This document shows positions 25,976-40,382 of a DNA stretch of 64,000 bases, piece by piece (positions within the stretch are counted from its first letter, which is position 1; each line of letters starts with the position of its first letter). The stretch is from Camelus dromedarius (Eukaryota): NCBI RefSeq assembly GCF_036321535.1, contig NC_087437.1, forward strand, positions 85,748,001 through 85,812,000, in the 5' to 3' direction. A model generated the notes under the pieces. The model saw only the letters and a program-made list of their open reading frames with translations, made no database searches and was not told the DNA's origin. A program made the translations under genes and the position numbers.

Positions 25976-26490
25976 AATACGCTCACTAAGTTTTAAAGAA
26001 AGATGGAGAGAGAAATGAAACTGTGTCTATTTTGTGCACATAGAGTTATTTTAAAAAGGTCACATTTCTCTTGAAATTATTTCTGAAGCTCATTTAAAAA
26101 TAGTGATTGAGGTCTCTATTCCTTTTTTTTTTTTTTTTTTTTGACATCCAAATTGTGTTTTTGAATTTGTTTAATTACTGGGTTACATTAACACTAATAT
26201 AATGTAATACAAAAACAAAGCAAAAACCCTAGTGGAAGAACTCAGGCTCCTTATGTGAATATTAGTTAATTACAGGAAAGAGTTACCAGTAGAGCTTCTC
26301 AAAAGTTTGGGTCATTTTTCAAACACTTCTGTACTTGAATTTTCATGACTACTTGTGTTACAATAATAGGTTAAAGCCAAGAAAGACTGTAGAAATTATT
26401 TAAGGTGATCACTCCGTTTCGCAGTTGAGTCCACTTAGAGCTTCTCTTGGTCAAACAGTTGATCCATGAAAGCCCTGGGGCTTGAACTTC

Positions 26491-26590
26491 TGTCTTAATT
26501 CCAATTTACTTTTCTGTTTATTATATTCCCTCACTCCTCCTGTCTTAATTCCAATTTACTTTTCTGTTTATTATATTCCCTCACTCCTCC
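26491..26590. repeat. Perfect 50 bp tandem duplication
   Basis: 26491-26540 is identical to 26541-26590. Confidence 0.95.
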
Positions 26591-27429
26591 TTCTTGAAAT
26601 AATAATGATCACAGCATAAAAAGGGCTATTCTGCCACCAAGAGTCTCAGGCACAAATTTAGAAATGCAAAAACTGGTCCTGTCTTTCTATAACTGAATCA
26701 TCCTTTGCTGCAATTTCAGGTTCCCATTCTGCCGTTTGTATTACATCCCTACAGTATGAGGGTTAAAAGACATAAAACATACCCCCCTATATGTGAGTTT
26801 AGGGAGAAAAGAAGGAAACAACACAGTAAATACAAGAAAATTCTATCCAAGAAGAATTTGAAGAAAAAAAATTTCAAATTGACTAAAAGAGTTAACATCA
26901 ATAAACGTATCTTAGAAATTGAACAGTAACAACAGCAACAACCAGAAAAACACTGTCCTTTATGCACCATGTTTTTGATTATCTAATCAAACTTCACCAT
27001 TTTGGAATTTCAGAACTATCTAACTTTAGAAACAAAATACTAGAAGGATCTTGAGGGACTAGATTACAACTTACAAGAAAAGGGATTGTATTTCTATTTC
27101 AAACAATTGCATAAAGAGAATCTGAAGTGTGTGGCTGGTGTGTTCAGTACAGTTACAGAGTATTTGAGAAATACAATGGAAGGGGATAATTTCCTAAAAC
27201 TACTATTTATTCTGATTAATTTTTTTTTAAATAATAGTTCTTAAGATTTTCTTTTTTGGTTTAATGGCAAGGAAGTCCAAATTCTGAAACTTTAATCAAA
27301 CTCATGGTTTCTCTGAGCAGGAGTTTACTCTGTTAATAAGAATAGCCTTTTTATGATTCATATCTAAGACACTAAATCTTGTTCTTTACAACTGGGCAAG
27401 TGGTAAGTGAGAGAAAAACTAGTGACTTT

Positions 27430-29230
27430 TAAAAATAAACTTTCAATTTTATAGTAATTCGTATTTACAGAAAAAATATAGTAGACAGTTTCCCATATAT
27501 CCCAAACCCAATTTTGCATATTGCTAACGTCTTACATTAGTATGGCATATTTCTCACAATTAATAAGGTCATATTGATACATTATTATTAACTTAAATCC
27601 ACACTTTATTCAGATTTCCTTAGTTCTTACTTAATGTACTTTTTTCTTTCTATTCCAGGACCCCATTCAGGATACCACATTACATTTAGTCAACATGTCT
27701 TCTACTGGATTGTGACACTTTTCCCAACTTTGTTTGCGATCTTGACAGTTTTGAGAAATACTGCTCAGGCATTAGGTAGAATATCCCTCAATTGGTGTTT
27801 GTCAGATGCTTTTCTCATATTAAACTGAAATTCTGTGCCATTCTCATCACATCATATTAAGGGTTCATGCAGTCCATACAACATCACCATTCATTTTGAC
27901 CTTGATCACCTGGCTAAGGTAGTATTTGTCAGGCTTCCCCACTGAGAAGTGATTCTTTTCTCCCTTTCCATACAATTGTCTTTGAAAAGAAGCCACTATA
28001 TGCATCCCACAGGAAAGAGGTGGAGAGTTACGTTCTACCTTCTTAAAGAGGAGATATGTATCTACATAAATTACTTGGAATTTTGGGGTTCAAGAGATGT
28101 GTGTATTCTTCCTATTTTTTAATTTATCCAATTGTTTCTTGCTACTAGAATGGACTCACGGATATTTATTTTATACTTATTTATTTTATACTTTCTGTTA
28201 TAATCCAATACTGTTTTATTTATATTGTTCCTCAAATTGTTCCAGCTTTGGCCACTGGGAGTTCTTTCAGTTGGCTCCTGTGGCCCTTTCACATACTCCC
28301 ATTATTGTGTGTATATTTTTAACTTTTTTCATTTTTGGTGCTTTCTTACTTCCCAGCACTGCAAGATGCTGAAGGCACATCTTATATATTTCCTGCTCCA
28401 TCCCAGAATCAACCATTTTTCCAATGATTTCCCTAGAGTTTACAATATGTATTTTTAGATCATCTAAGTCTACCTTCAAATAACACTCAACCACTTTATG
28501 TGCTGTGAAGGTACCTGATAGCGGATCACTCCCATTCCTCCTTCTGTCCCTTATGGTATGGCTCTCACACATTGCACTTCTCCATATGCTATAGTCACTT
28601 GATACATTATTAGTAGTAGTAGTAGTAGTACTTTAAAGACAGTTATATTTTAGTTCAATTAAGAACAAGAAAAGTAAAAGATACTATTTTACTTGCATTT
28701 ATTATTTTTTCCAATAATCTTCCTATCTTTATGTAGATTCAAGTTTGTCACACATTATTTTTCTTCTACTTAAATAAATTCATTTAACATTTCTTGCTGG
28801 ATAAGTCATCAAATTTCCCCAGTTTTTGTTTTTTTCGGAGAAAGTCTATTTCTCCTTTACTTTTGAACAATAGTTTCACTGGATGTACAATTTTAATGTG
28901 GTTACCTCTTCTTTCAATATTTTAAGTATTTCATTTCATTCTCTACTGGCTGGCATGAATTTTGACAATGGGCATGTCATAATCCTTATCATTGTTCTCC
29001 TTTTTGATTTTTTTTTTCTCTTGCTGCCTTCAGGTTATTGCTCTAGTGATTTCTCTTCCAGGTAGGCAGATCTCAGTTGCTATATCTTTTAACCTTTCCA
29101 GATTTTTGCAGTGATGGTTTGCCCTGACATCAGTTCTTTGATGAATCCAATAAAAGCGAGTGATTTCCAGTATATTTAGCTTTTTCTTTTTGTAAGGATA
29201 GGAGTGATGCCCTCTAAGCTCTTTTATGTC
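27430..29230 (-). mobile_element. Old L1 (L1MC/L1MD-like) 3' region
   Basis: 'ttcagatttccttagt...ttccaggaccccattcaggataccacattacatttag', 'ttgttccagctttggccactgggagttctttcagttggctcctgtg' and further antisense L1M sequence. Confidence 0.75.
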
Positions 29231-32200
29231 AAAACTTGGACAAAAATCTCATGATTTTTGGAATACCCTTTTGAATGGAGGTAGAAGAAAGATTTTTTTG
29301 AGAATGATTAAACAAAATCTTGTAGACTTATAGACACATTTAAGATGAAAGTATAGAGGAAAAAGTCTAGTTCTACAACTCCTCAATACAGTATTGAAAA
29401 GACAGAAATAAAATCTGTAAAATTCAAAATGTGACAAATAATATTATTGTGAAATTTCACAATAAAATATTTTACAATAGACAATTTGTTACCTCGTTAA
29501 CTAATCTCAACTTGTTCATTTATTTTTTATTTATTCCTCAAATATTCATTAAATTCTTACTCTGTTGTAGATGCTAGACACATGACAGGGAAAAAAGAAA
29601 GACAGCTTTTTGTTTTTTAAATTGGTGGTCTTTTAGATACTGATGACAATGTGAACTATGATCACAGACTCTTATCTAACAGTCAATAAGCTGGAAAACA
29701 TAGAGGGGTTTATTTGCCAAAAAACTCACCAGAAGCACTGAACAAAGGAAAGTCTATTACCTTGAATAATAAAATTTTAAAAGTACAGTCAGGAAAAGAA
29801 AAAGTCTTGTTGCTACACGGCGTGATATACTTATACTTCTTATTCTCACTGAATTCAGCTCCTAGCAATGATACAAAATGGTCAAAATCAAAATCATATT
29901 TATATTACATAATTTTAAAATAAAGAGAAACATTTTTTAATCATTCAAATCTAAAACATAAGCTACCTATGGAGTAAGGGGAATATACCAGGCTGATAGC
30001 AGACTCTTGTATGCAATAGAGGCCAAAGTGCCCAAAGATAATGGAACAGTGTTTACAAAATTCTTTATTAAAAAACAAACAAACAAAAAACCAGAATCTT
30101 AATGAAATAACTCTGACAAAATAAACATAATAGAAGCAAAAATAAAAACAAAACAAATCAGAACAAAAAAACCCCTGAATATTGTAGTGTGGAAGAGATA
30201 GGAGAAGTAAAAAGTAAAATTGATAATTGCCTAATAGTTTGTAGTAGGGAGTTGATCTATACTTTCATTAATTAAAATTGTTTTTAAAAATAAAACTTTA
30301 TTCTCTTCACAAGGTTGGTCATTTTTTACTTAATCTCAAAGAGACACTGTAGAAATTGAAGCATATCAGAGTTTTAAAAAAGCAGTTATCTGAACAGTTA
30401 TACTTCATATTTATTTTCTTTAATGAAAATTTAATGTTTTTTATTATAAATATCTTAAATGTTATGATCACATTCTTACAAAAGTCTTCCTCCTTCTTTC
30501 TTTCTTTCTTTTTCTCCATAGACCACACAAACCACACATACAGATTTAGAAGATGAAAACCACCTTCACCAAATGTAAACAATGCTATTTTTGAACGGTG
30601 ACATAGTGACTGCTTCAATACATCCCATTTTTGTGTGCTTTTCCTGATTATCTGATAATTTTATGAAAAATATTGTACTATTTCAGAACAATAAATTTAT
30701 TAACATTGTAATAGAAAGGGGAAAGAAGTTAAAAAGAAGCCTTGTTCATTGCCAACAGCTTAATCTCATCGTATGCTCAAATTGTTATTTTCTCTTAGAA
30801 ATACTATAAAATTTCATACTTACTTTCCTTTGATTATTCTGTTTTCTTTGTATGGAATACTCTTCACCTCCACCCTGAACTCAGTCCAGAAAACTCCTAT
30901 TCATTATTCCATGCCTAGCTCAAATGTCATCTTTCCTCTATCATCTCTCTAAACTGTTCTTTCCTCTCAAATAATTAGTCACATATGTTCTTATGGTTGT
31001 TTTTCATATTTCACTGATAATATTTCTTTTGTAATATAATAGTATTCCTTTTGGATGATAGTAGTAGAAAACAGGGATTATTCCTTCATCGTCATACCCC
31101 AAGCACTTGGACTGGAAATTTTAAAAAATTTAGTAAACTACTTTTTGATGAATTATGACAGGAGAGAGATCACAAGTAAGCCAACACATGCAGTTTAGTG
31201 GAATAGGTGCAATGTTGACATGACATATGGAAAAATGGAAGAGAACTCTTAACTCATTCTAGAAGGAAACAAGTCAGAGAAAACTCTGAAAAAATTTTCG
31301 ACATAAGTTCTGAAAAATAGGAGTCTGTATAGTGATGAACTGTGAAAAGTGACAATTAAAAAATATATGTTATGCATATATATTATTTGCATGTATACAT
31401 AATATGTATGTATTTATACTATATATTTTATGATTTTACATATGTTATATTTATATTATATGTGTATATAGCATAAGTACATATAGGAAAAAGTATGACC
31501 CATTTAGAAAATTGTGAAAATTTGCTTGGTGAAGCCGAATTTTGGGCCACACAGAGAAAAATACAAAAGGAAGTTGTAGAAACAGGCAAAGCTGAAGTGG
31601 GGAAGAACATGTTCATGTCATGAAAGAAGGTTGTCATTTTTCCTGAAAGCAATGAAAAGCTATTGAAGACTTTAATAGGAAGAGCTATACATTAATAAAT
31701 GCCTTTCAGAAAATCTTCAGAAAGAAACACAATATACTCATGCATTGAATTAATATGTACATTTTCAGTGCATGAATGGGTTTCTTAATGTGAATTATTA
31801 GTTAATTTGTCAAGTGACAATTGCATGATATAGGCAAAAAGTGGAAAATGATTCTGAGAAATGACCATGAATATGATTTCACGTTGGCCAAAAGGCTTTA
31901 AAAAGATAGTATGCTTTAGTTATCTTGATAAAAGTATCAGAACCCTACCATACTTCTGAGGCTTCACAGACCTTTGGATTCTATGATAAGAAAAAGAAGA
32001 TGGACCTAGTTTGAATTGCAGTATCACAGAATGTTTTGTTTATGCCCTGATGTTTGCCACTCAATGGAAACAAGGCTATGGAATCTCCTACCTGGCTCAA
32101 AGAACTACCTTTTGACTAAAACATACATATATGTGTATCATACACACACATACACACATACACACAGAAACTTTTCTCTCATTTTGGCATTTTGCTGCCT

Positions 32201-32722
32201 TATTTCAACTTCCATTCTCCTCCAAGTACTGTAACAAGAGACATCCTAAGTCAAGCAGAAGAGGCATTAGCAAGAATTATGGAAGGAATCATCCTATGAA
32301 TGTAATGTTCGGCCTTAATTAGAAGTGTCTGTTCCCCCAGTTCTCATCTTTTGTAAGCTCTTGGCATCATATTTATTCTACATGAAAACTGAAATGTTTC
32401 CAAATAGTTCAAGCCATTATTTGACATCTTGACACCTAAAATATCTCATACTGGTTCACCAATTTCCAAAATCAATAAGTCAGATCAATACCAAAATAGC
32501 ATTAATTTTCTACATCAGCTTGGAAAAAAGTAAAACAAACAGTCTAAGCAAAAGGAAAAGGCATCACTCTGTTCAACAGAAAAGGGTAGGGATCATTGAA
32601 TATTTTGATTGTTCCAAATGTTAGAGATTAAAAAAACAAAACAGAAAAAAAAAATTAAAATTAAAAAAGTAGTTTGGGCTACAAACAATAATTTTTTAAG
32701 TGGATGTTCCCATATCACTCTC

Positions 32723-33130
32723 TGTAGCTGACACAGTAGGTGTTCAGTCCAGAGTCCCTTCTATCCCTTTTTGACTCTTTTAATGTGCCCTCTTCTCTTT
32801 TTGGTGTGTTTTTGCCTTTTGTGGCTCACATCTTTGATTTTCTTTAGTGTGCCCTACAGAGGTTGCTGGACCTGTTTGCCCTTACAGAAGAGAGCTGGAA
32901 GCCTAGGAGTTTATGATCGATTTAACCAATGACTGCAGGGCATGGAACTTTGAAAGGGCAATTCCATCACCTGAAGGGTAATTTACACCAGACTCACTCT
33001 CCAGGATCAGGAGAAACTACCCACTGTGGAACTTTGCCTGAACCACAGTCTTGCTGGAATTCTTTCCCTTCCTCATCCTGCTTCCTGTACTTTCCATCAC
33101 TGATTTTTCTTGGAAGCAGTTTCTTCATGT
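32723..33130 (+). mobile_element. ERVL LTR16-like element
   Basis: 'tgtagctgacacagtaggtgttcagtccagagtccctt...ctttcccttcctcatcctgcttcctgtactttcc'. Confidence 0.5.
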
Positions 33131-33281
33131 GTGGCCAGAAGTTTGGATATTTGAAAGATGGAACTACTGAAACCTTCCACAGGCTTATAGCATGCATAGA
33201 ACTTTAAAAAGGCAATAGAAAGAAAAGAAAAATACCAAATATAGACAATGATGCTTATTCATCTATTTAGGAGCACAACAT

Positions 33282-33640
33282 CTAGCGAAAGTTTTGGTGT
33301 ACCACTCAGACCTCTCCCTCAGGATCCAGGAACCCATTTCCCCAACTTCTATAGCTGAGTCAGTCCCCATTACTGCTGTGTCCAAGAATAAAGCCCTTCC
33401 TTAAGGAGAAGTCAGCTTCCAATGATGGTACAAAGACCAAAGCTCTTGCTTTAATTTCAAATATCTCTGAAAATCTCAGCCTCAGAGTTGCCTGAGAGGT
33501 TAGCTGAGGCCACTCTTGTAACTTCACCACAGTTTAACTCCTTCCCTGCTCAGCCTGCTTTGTTTATTCTTTTACAGGAATTATTCCCAAGAGTACTTTC
33601 AATAAGTCATTTGCATGACCATGCCCTTTTTAATATTCAA
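33282..33640 (+). mobile_element. ERVL LTR16A/C-like LTR
   Basis: 'cagagttgcctgagaggttagctgaggcc...cacagtttaactccttccctgctcagcctgct...cccaagagtactttcaataag'. Confidence 0.65.
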
Positions 33641-33779
33641 ATAGTAGGTCTTGGATTCCTAGTGGGTCTCGGTAGAGAAGGAATACCTGATTATAGGGCA
33701 TATAGAGACCACACAGCTAGAACTTTGCTTTACAATCTGGGTTAAGTTATATTCACAAAGAAATAAACTTATGCCAGCC

Positions 33780-35130
33780 CAATAGAAATTGATCATAAGA
33801 CAGAATGGTACATCTTGAATCAGACAATAGTTTGAAGGTACAAGTATGATTCATGAGCAGATGGCTCAGAGGCCATGATGCTATTTTTCCTGCATTTATC
33901 TTCAACTCATGCGTATGGACACATGTCAGGAAAGGGAGTATCCCTAATGACCAACTAATGGAGGAGAAAAAAGCCTGACTTTGTTCCCAGAATAGTTAGC
34001 TCAGATATGGGTATAACAGAATATGTTTTCAAAACTATACAGCACCTGAAATGCAACAGTGAGGAAAATGCTTTCCAGATGCTTTAGTTTTGGAAGATGC
34101 ATCTGGTCATCCACTTTTTGTGGAAAGTGGCACGACCAAGAATATACAGAGACCAATGCGCAGTGGCAAATGCCTTGGTTGATTGGTCAGGGGTCTGAAA
34201 GAAAAATAATTAGAAAACAGAACAAAGAATTCTGGAGAAGAGGCATGTAAATAGATCCATCATACTGAGCACAGAGTGTGAAGATCTTGTATCATACACT
34301 AACGGCTTCCAGAAAGCAACAGCCATTGAAGGCTTATCGAACAGCCAGGTAGATACAATAATGCGCAGTTGATATTAGCCAAATGCTATCATGAGCCCCC
34401 TCAATTCTGTACAATGGCCCACGGTGGCAGGAGTGTGGTCTATGAATAAATTTAACAACATAAGTTGTCACTCACCAATGCAAATTTAGTTACCACTGTA
34501 ACCAAATGACTGAAATTCTCAATAATGAAGACCAGAAATATTCTTCAGAAGAAAAACTAGCCACTTGGTGACAGGTTGCTTACATTGAACCAATACATCC
34601 TGCAAGGGAGAGTAAATCATCTTGACAAAATCAACTAATAGTCTGAGTATAAGTTGCTTTGCTTATTCTTCCCATAGGAAGAAACTTTCCAAAGGAGTGT
34701 TTGATTCATTAACACAGCATCTTGTATCATATTTCGCTAGAGTGATCTGCTTTAGGGCAAATGTGGTTCAGCAGTGGGCACATAACCATGGGATCCATTA
34801 GTCCTTTCACACACCACACTGCTTAGAAGCTGCCATTTGAGTGGCAACCTTGGAGAAAGGACCCTGAGAGAATGGGGAACTATCCCCCAAGATGCAGTGT
34901 ATGCCCTAAATCAATGATAATTATATGGTGCTGTATCTCTAATAGGTAGAATACGTGAGTTCAAGAACCACAGGGTGAAAGCAGAAGGGACCCTACTTTC
35001 CTTCATGACCAGTGAACCCATTTAGAGAATTTACACTTCTCTCTCCTGAGACTTCAGGTTCTTTAGGTCTAGCTGTCTTAGATTCCAGAGTGGGCATGCT
35101 TCTACCAAAGGATGCAGCAAGAATTCTGTT
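33780..35130 (+). mobile_element. ERVL internal relic (ERV3-16A3-like pol: RNase H / integrase)
   Basis: Degenerate pol motifs: 'gtggcaaatgccttggttgattggtcaggg' (VANGLAGWSG-like), 'gaattctggagaagaggcatg' (EVWGRGM-like) and 'gccacttggtgacaggttgcttacattgaacca' (ATWWQVDYIGP-like). Confidence 0.75.
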
Positions 35131-35139
35131 AACAAAATA

Positions 35140-35280
35140 TGAAATATCTATACAATGGAATATTATTTGGCAATGAAAAGAAGTACTGATAAAAACTAAA
35201 ACATGGATAAACCTTGAAAATATTATTGTAAGTGAAAACAGTCACAAAGGATCACATATTGTATGATTCTTTTACAAGAA
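35140..35280 (+). mobile_element. L1ME-like 3' fragment
   Basis: 'tacaatggaatattatttggcaatgaaaag...acatggataaaccttgaaaatattattgtaagtgaaaacag'. Confidence 0.7.
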
Positions 35281-36869
35281 TTTTTCTGAATAGTTACTCT
35301 GATCTTTTCCTGCATAGCATGTATCATAATGATAAATAGAGATCTGCTTAATAACCATGTTACATACCAGACTCCAACCTCCAGGATGCTGGGTATCATA
35401 TCTGCCTTATTTACTCCTGTATTCTCCAGTTTCTTATACAGCACCTAATACACAGAGGAAACATAATGAGAATATACTGAATAAACAATGTATTTTTTTT
35501 AAATTGCAGATTGGTATAGTAACTTGTACCTGATAGAAAACTCTTCAGTCATCTCACTGTAATTTGTAATTTTACTAAGATAACATTTAATTTTTTGACA
35601 TAATCTTACTAACTTTCAGACTTATAAGTATGTGTATATGTACTGGCTATAAAGAAAATTTAAGTTGTGGGAATTGCCTAAAACTATAAAGTTTAATTAA
35701 AACTAATTTCAATCAAGTTGAAAATTTTGCACAATCTAATTTTTAGAGTCCTCAAATCAATGCAATGTGTCAATGTGTTTTGTAGGGTTGTAAATTAAAT
35801 ACTCTGTGAAATGTCTAACAAGAACATGTTGCCAGTAAAGGTGAGATTTAAAGCCTTCAGGGACACAACAAAATTTACTTATTCTACATGAGTCAAACAA
35901 GGACATCTACTTATGTGCATCTGTGGAAGTAAATGCACACTCACACATGGCACTGTAAACACTGAAATCTAGCATGTTTCATCTAAGGAAATAGCTGTTT
36001 CCCAACACATCTAATCAAAGGATTCTTACGATGAGATGATAAAAGTGAAAATGTCCATAAGCTACTCTCTGGATATTATATTTATTAAGTACAGGAAAGA
36101 AAGAAAGTCAAAGAATCTATTTTTTTTTAAGTTTATTGATTTCCATAAATTCCTTGATCATTTAATTATTTAGTGAATAAAAGTCTCAAAGAATGAAGAC
36201 TAGGCATCTATATTTTTACAAAACTCCCATGTGATATTGAATCTCGGACAGTTTTAGATCTACTGATCTAAAGTAACTTTTCCATTATTATCAACAATGG
36301 CTGTCTCTTTTAATTAATTTAGCGATTATTTATTTTGTATATGCATTGGTCAGTTCAAGTGCAAAAAGTAGCATTTTTTCTAGCTCTCTGGGGGTATGAA
36401 GGAGACTGCCTCTGAGAATAGAACCATAAATTCAAAATATTTGAAGAAAGAATATATCAGTTAGAAGGTGAATTCATCAATCATTGAGATAGAAAGTGTA
36501 AATGAGAGAGAGGGGCACAGAAGTAAATTTCCCTGGGCCCTTCCAGATGCTAAAGGCAAAATAATGTTAGCCAGTGGTCTGACTTGTTCAGTCCCATTGT
36601 TGGGGTGAACCTGAGGTCAGATGGATGCAGCATGTTCTCTTACTTGGATATCTTTAAAGATACCGTGATCTCCTTCCAACGTCTAGATTTGGGTCATGAT
36701 TTGAATCACCACAGAAGTCCGATGATCATAGAGAGAACGTAACTTCTCATGCTGGACTTCAGATTCTATTTCATGGATGTTAAAAGCATCATTGTAAAAT
36801 CAGAGACTGCCATTGAGAAGGTCTCTTTATTCACCTAGTAATATTTTAAGAGCCTCCTATAACTCTGGA

Positions 36870-37560
36870 AATTGTGATAGATGACAAGAAAAAATAAGCA
36901 AGACAGCCACTGTCCCCATCTTCACTGAACTTATGCTCTAGTGAGGAACACAGCCAATTAAGCAAGCACTTGTAATAAAGTATGATGATTGCTATGACAA
37001 GAGAATTCAGGATCTTATGGTGAATGCATATCAGGAACATGAAATACATTTATATATTTAAAAAAGGGATCAGGAAATACCTCTTGGAAGAAGCTCCACC
37101 AAGCTGAGCTAAGAAGACAGCTAGCCAGGTGAAGGGGAAAGAGCACAGGGAGACACTCATCTAGGGAGGTGGAACAACATGGCCAAGACCTTGAGTTGAG
37201 AAACTGCACAATGTTTTCAAGATACTAAAAGAAAATCAGCGTTTGGAAGTAGTGAGTGTCAAGGTAGTATGGACTTGTGAAAGATAAGGTTAGAGAGGAA
37301 GGTAGAAGCCAGGTAGATCATTCTGGTCTATGAAAAATTAAGTTAAGGAACACAGACATTATCCTAGTTATAGTGTGAAAATATCAAAGGTTTCGAGCAG
37401 GAGAGTTCTATGATCAAAATTCAATTTAGAAATCCTCCCCTAAAGAATATTCTGTGTAGACAAAGACTCGGAGACACATTTGAAGACTATGGTAACCTGG
37501 AGAGATGTCATGTGTGAAGACTATAATCAATAGGACTTGACCATTTGAATGTGAAAAGGT
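36870..37560 (-). mobile_element. L2 fragment
   Basis: Antisense L2 motifs 'gggatcaggaaatacctcttggaag', 'catggccaagaccttgag' and 'aaggtttcgagcaggagagttctatgatc'. Confidence 0.65.
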
Positions 37561-40204
37561 ACATAGTAATTTAGATATTTCCATCTGTGGGTGGTGATAC
37601 ATCTGACTTTAAATGGATAAAACATTATTTAGTGTTATGTGGTAATCTTGTGAACTTGGTGAATGTCAGTATGTCCCTGGCAGCTGAATACTGTATTGAT
37701 TGTTGGTATATTGATATAGCGAAGTTTCTTAGCATGGAAGCTGAACCCATGGCTTAATAAACTTATCAAGGGAATGAATGGGTCTGATAAATGCCTTATG
37801 AAGAGACTGCTGACCTTGCCCATATATATATATACACACACACACACATATAAGATGCTATACCACCATGTAATTTTCAGAACTCTAAACAGCTTAAGTT
37901 AAAGAAAATACATTGTGATAAAAAATTTAAATTGAAATAAATAAAGAATATTTAATGACTAGTGATAAAAGGCTTGCAAAGAAATTTTTTATAAAAAAAC
38001 TTTAGTCTTGTAATATCTCTTTTTATTTATTCATAGTAGTAGAAAATATAAAAGTAGATATTGGAGCTCAAATCATTGAGATAAATGACTGCTCCTTGCA
38101 GAGATTTACAAGAATTTTCAGGTGATATAATACTACATAGAGACCTTTCTTTTAAGTAGAGTAGAACTCTGGGCTATTAAAGATTATTGAAAGATTTTCA
38201 CTGTTACATGAATAAAAAGAAAACTTTCATAGGGAAAGACCTCACCAAATAACATTATCTAACACAAGCCCAAAGATTTTCATGTTAAAGTAAATACTGG
38301 AACCATATTTAATCTCATTCTCTCTCTAGCATAATTCTCCTCATTATGACTTTCAAGAAAGAGAGAGCAATCATTGCTCCCACCCCTCAGCTTCTTATTC
38401 CCCAACTCTTCCTTTCAATGGATTTTATATCCTCTAATTAAGTGTAAGATTCTAAGAAAATCAAAATCAAATTTTCACTAAAGAAAGTTTCAGAGTATTT
38501 AAACCAAAGAGCAAAGTTTTTGATACAAAGCAAAGGGCTGCCGTTACAAAATATATAATGAAAGGACTGACACACTTCAGTTTCTCCCATAATAGAGCCA
38601 AAAATTCTCAAGAGAAAGGTTAAAATGTTGTCATGGTTATATTTTAGAAGATAACATGTTTGCTCACACTAAGTATTCATAGGCAACATAATTCTCCTCT
38701 ATGGGGGAAAAAAACTGTACAATCTTACCTAAGAAAGAAAGAAAAAAAAAGACTGTGCTGTCACATATATAAAATGCTCAGTTTGATTTAAACAAGAGAT
38801 CTTCAAATTTTCAAATACTCAGAAACAGGGTAATTTTACCAAGAGAATTTTTGGCATCCAATATATGTGTCATTTTCTTTTTCTTCATCTCTTTTAACTG
38901 TAACATGTTTGACCCTGAAGATGCATTTGATCAAAAAACATAATTCCCTTTTGATGAGAATGTCTTTCTGAGGTGCCCTCCTCTTTTAACAGAGTAATGT
39001 GTCCACTTCACAGGGAGCAGCTCTGATTCTGTCTAGCAGAAAAGACAAAACTGTGTTTCTGTTACTGACCAAGCCTGGGGAAAACTGTGTTTTTCAAAGA
39101 CAAAGGCAATATCAAGGCAATGGAACTTTAGGCAGCCATTATGAGCTTCAAGCTGTGTCCTGTATTCAGCTGCTGAATAGACACTGCACTAAAGCATTAG
39201 AGAGATATTTTTGGTGACAGTGGCCACCTTATCTATCAACCAGTACAGGAATAACATTGGAGAGTTCATTTAGTTTCCTAGATGAAGTTTTAAATCCTTG
39301 TTAGTTCTGATTTACCTAAAGAAGGTAAGGTTTTGGCAACATTGCAGAACAGCACAGAAAAAATACATAGAAACACAACTCCTCTGTTTTCCCTAATGAA
39401 TCAAACCTAAATAGTGATGTGTGTTTTTGATGTTCCAAGCTCTTTCTGTGAAATTGCTCATGCTTTTTGACAATTATGGCTGTATTTGGAGAGAGAGATT
39501 GCAAGTTGTTAGTATTTGTTTCTACCTTTGATATGCATGATAAGGAGACAGCAAAAACTCAAGGAAGTCAATGTTTTTGAAAAGTAAGAAAGGGGATGAA
39601 ATTAGTAAGTGGTTCAAAGTTGAGCACTACCACATATTAAATCTGAAGAACCAACTTTTCAGTCATTAATTAAATGTTAATATTGTGTTTGTGTGTATTT
39701 TTTGCAGAGTTAAATATTTTATATTTTTACTTCATTATGATTTGTTATTCATTTAAGGATTACTTTATTTAAATGCTCGATTGGAAATAATAATAGCAGC
39801 ATATGAAGTATTTACAATAATAGCAGTACTTTACTTGTTAAAAGGAAAATTAGGACTGTAAATCACTGAGAAGTTTAAACTCTCCTCTAACCCACCTATA
39901 TAAACAGAGTTCTAGTGTCAGTCGCTGCTTTTTAAATGTCTTTTAAGAAGGAAAGATTAGATAGCTTTTTAACAGAGAACAGCTTTTCTCTGAGAAAGGA
40001 ATATGGAGGAAGTATTTACTTCTATACAGAAAAAAGTTAAAAATTAAAAATAAGATAGTATATGGAAGAATCCTTTGGAACTGAGCTTAATTTCCATAGC
40101 TATATTTCTACATGCACCCAAAATTGATCTTGGTCATTCAGTAGTTCACCAAATATTACTTATTCACTTGATCACTGTTTTAAAAATTAATCCAAGTTTT
40201 ATAC

Positions 40205-40382
40205 ATATCATCTACATAGACAATTATGTCATCTATGAACAAAGACAGCTTACTTCTTCCTTCCCTGTTTGAATACCTTTTATTTCCTTTTCTTGTCTTA
40301 TTGCATTAGTTAGGACTTCTAGTATAACACTGAAAAGAAGTAGTGAGAGAGGACATTCTTGCCTTGCTCCTGACCTCAGTGG
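40205..40382 (-). mobile_element. Isolated L1 ORF2 RT-core fragment
   Basis: Reverse complement includes degenerate RQECPLS and FIDD (FADD-equivalent) codons. Confidence 0.75.

Noticed and set aside
36640..36835. Exon-like segment on the minus strand (tag|gtg...caa|gtaag)
   Set aside because: All three frames contain stops and the acceptor is weak, so there is no support beyond the splice dinucleotides.
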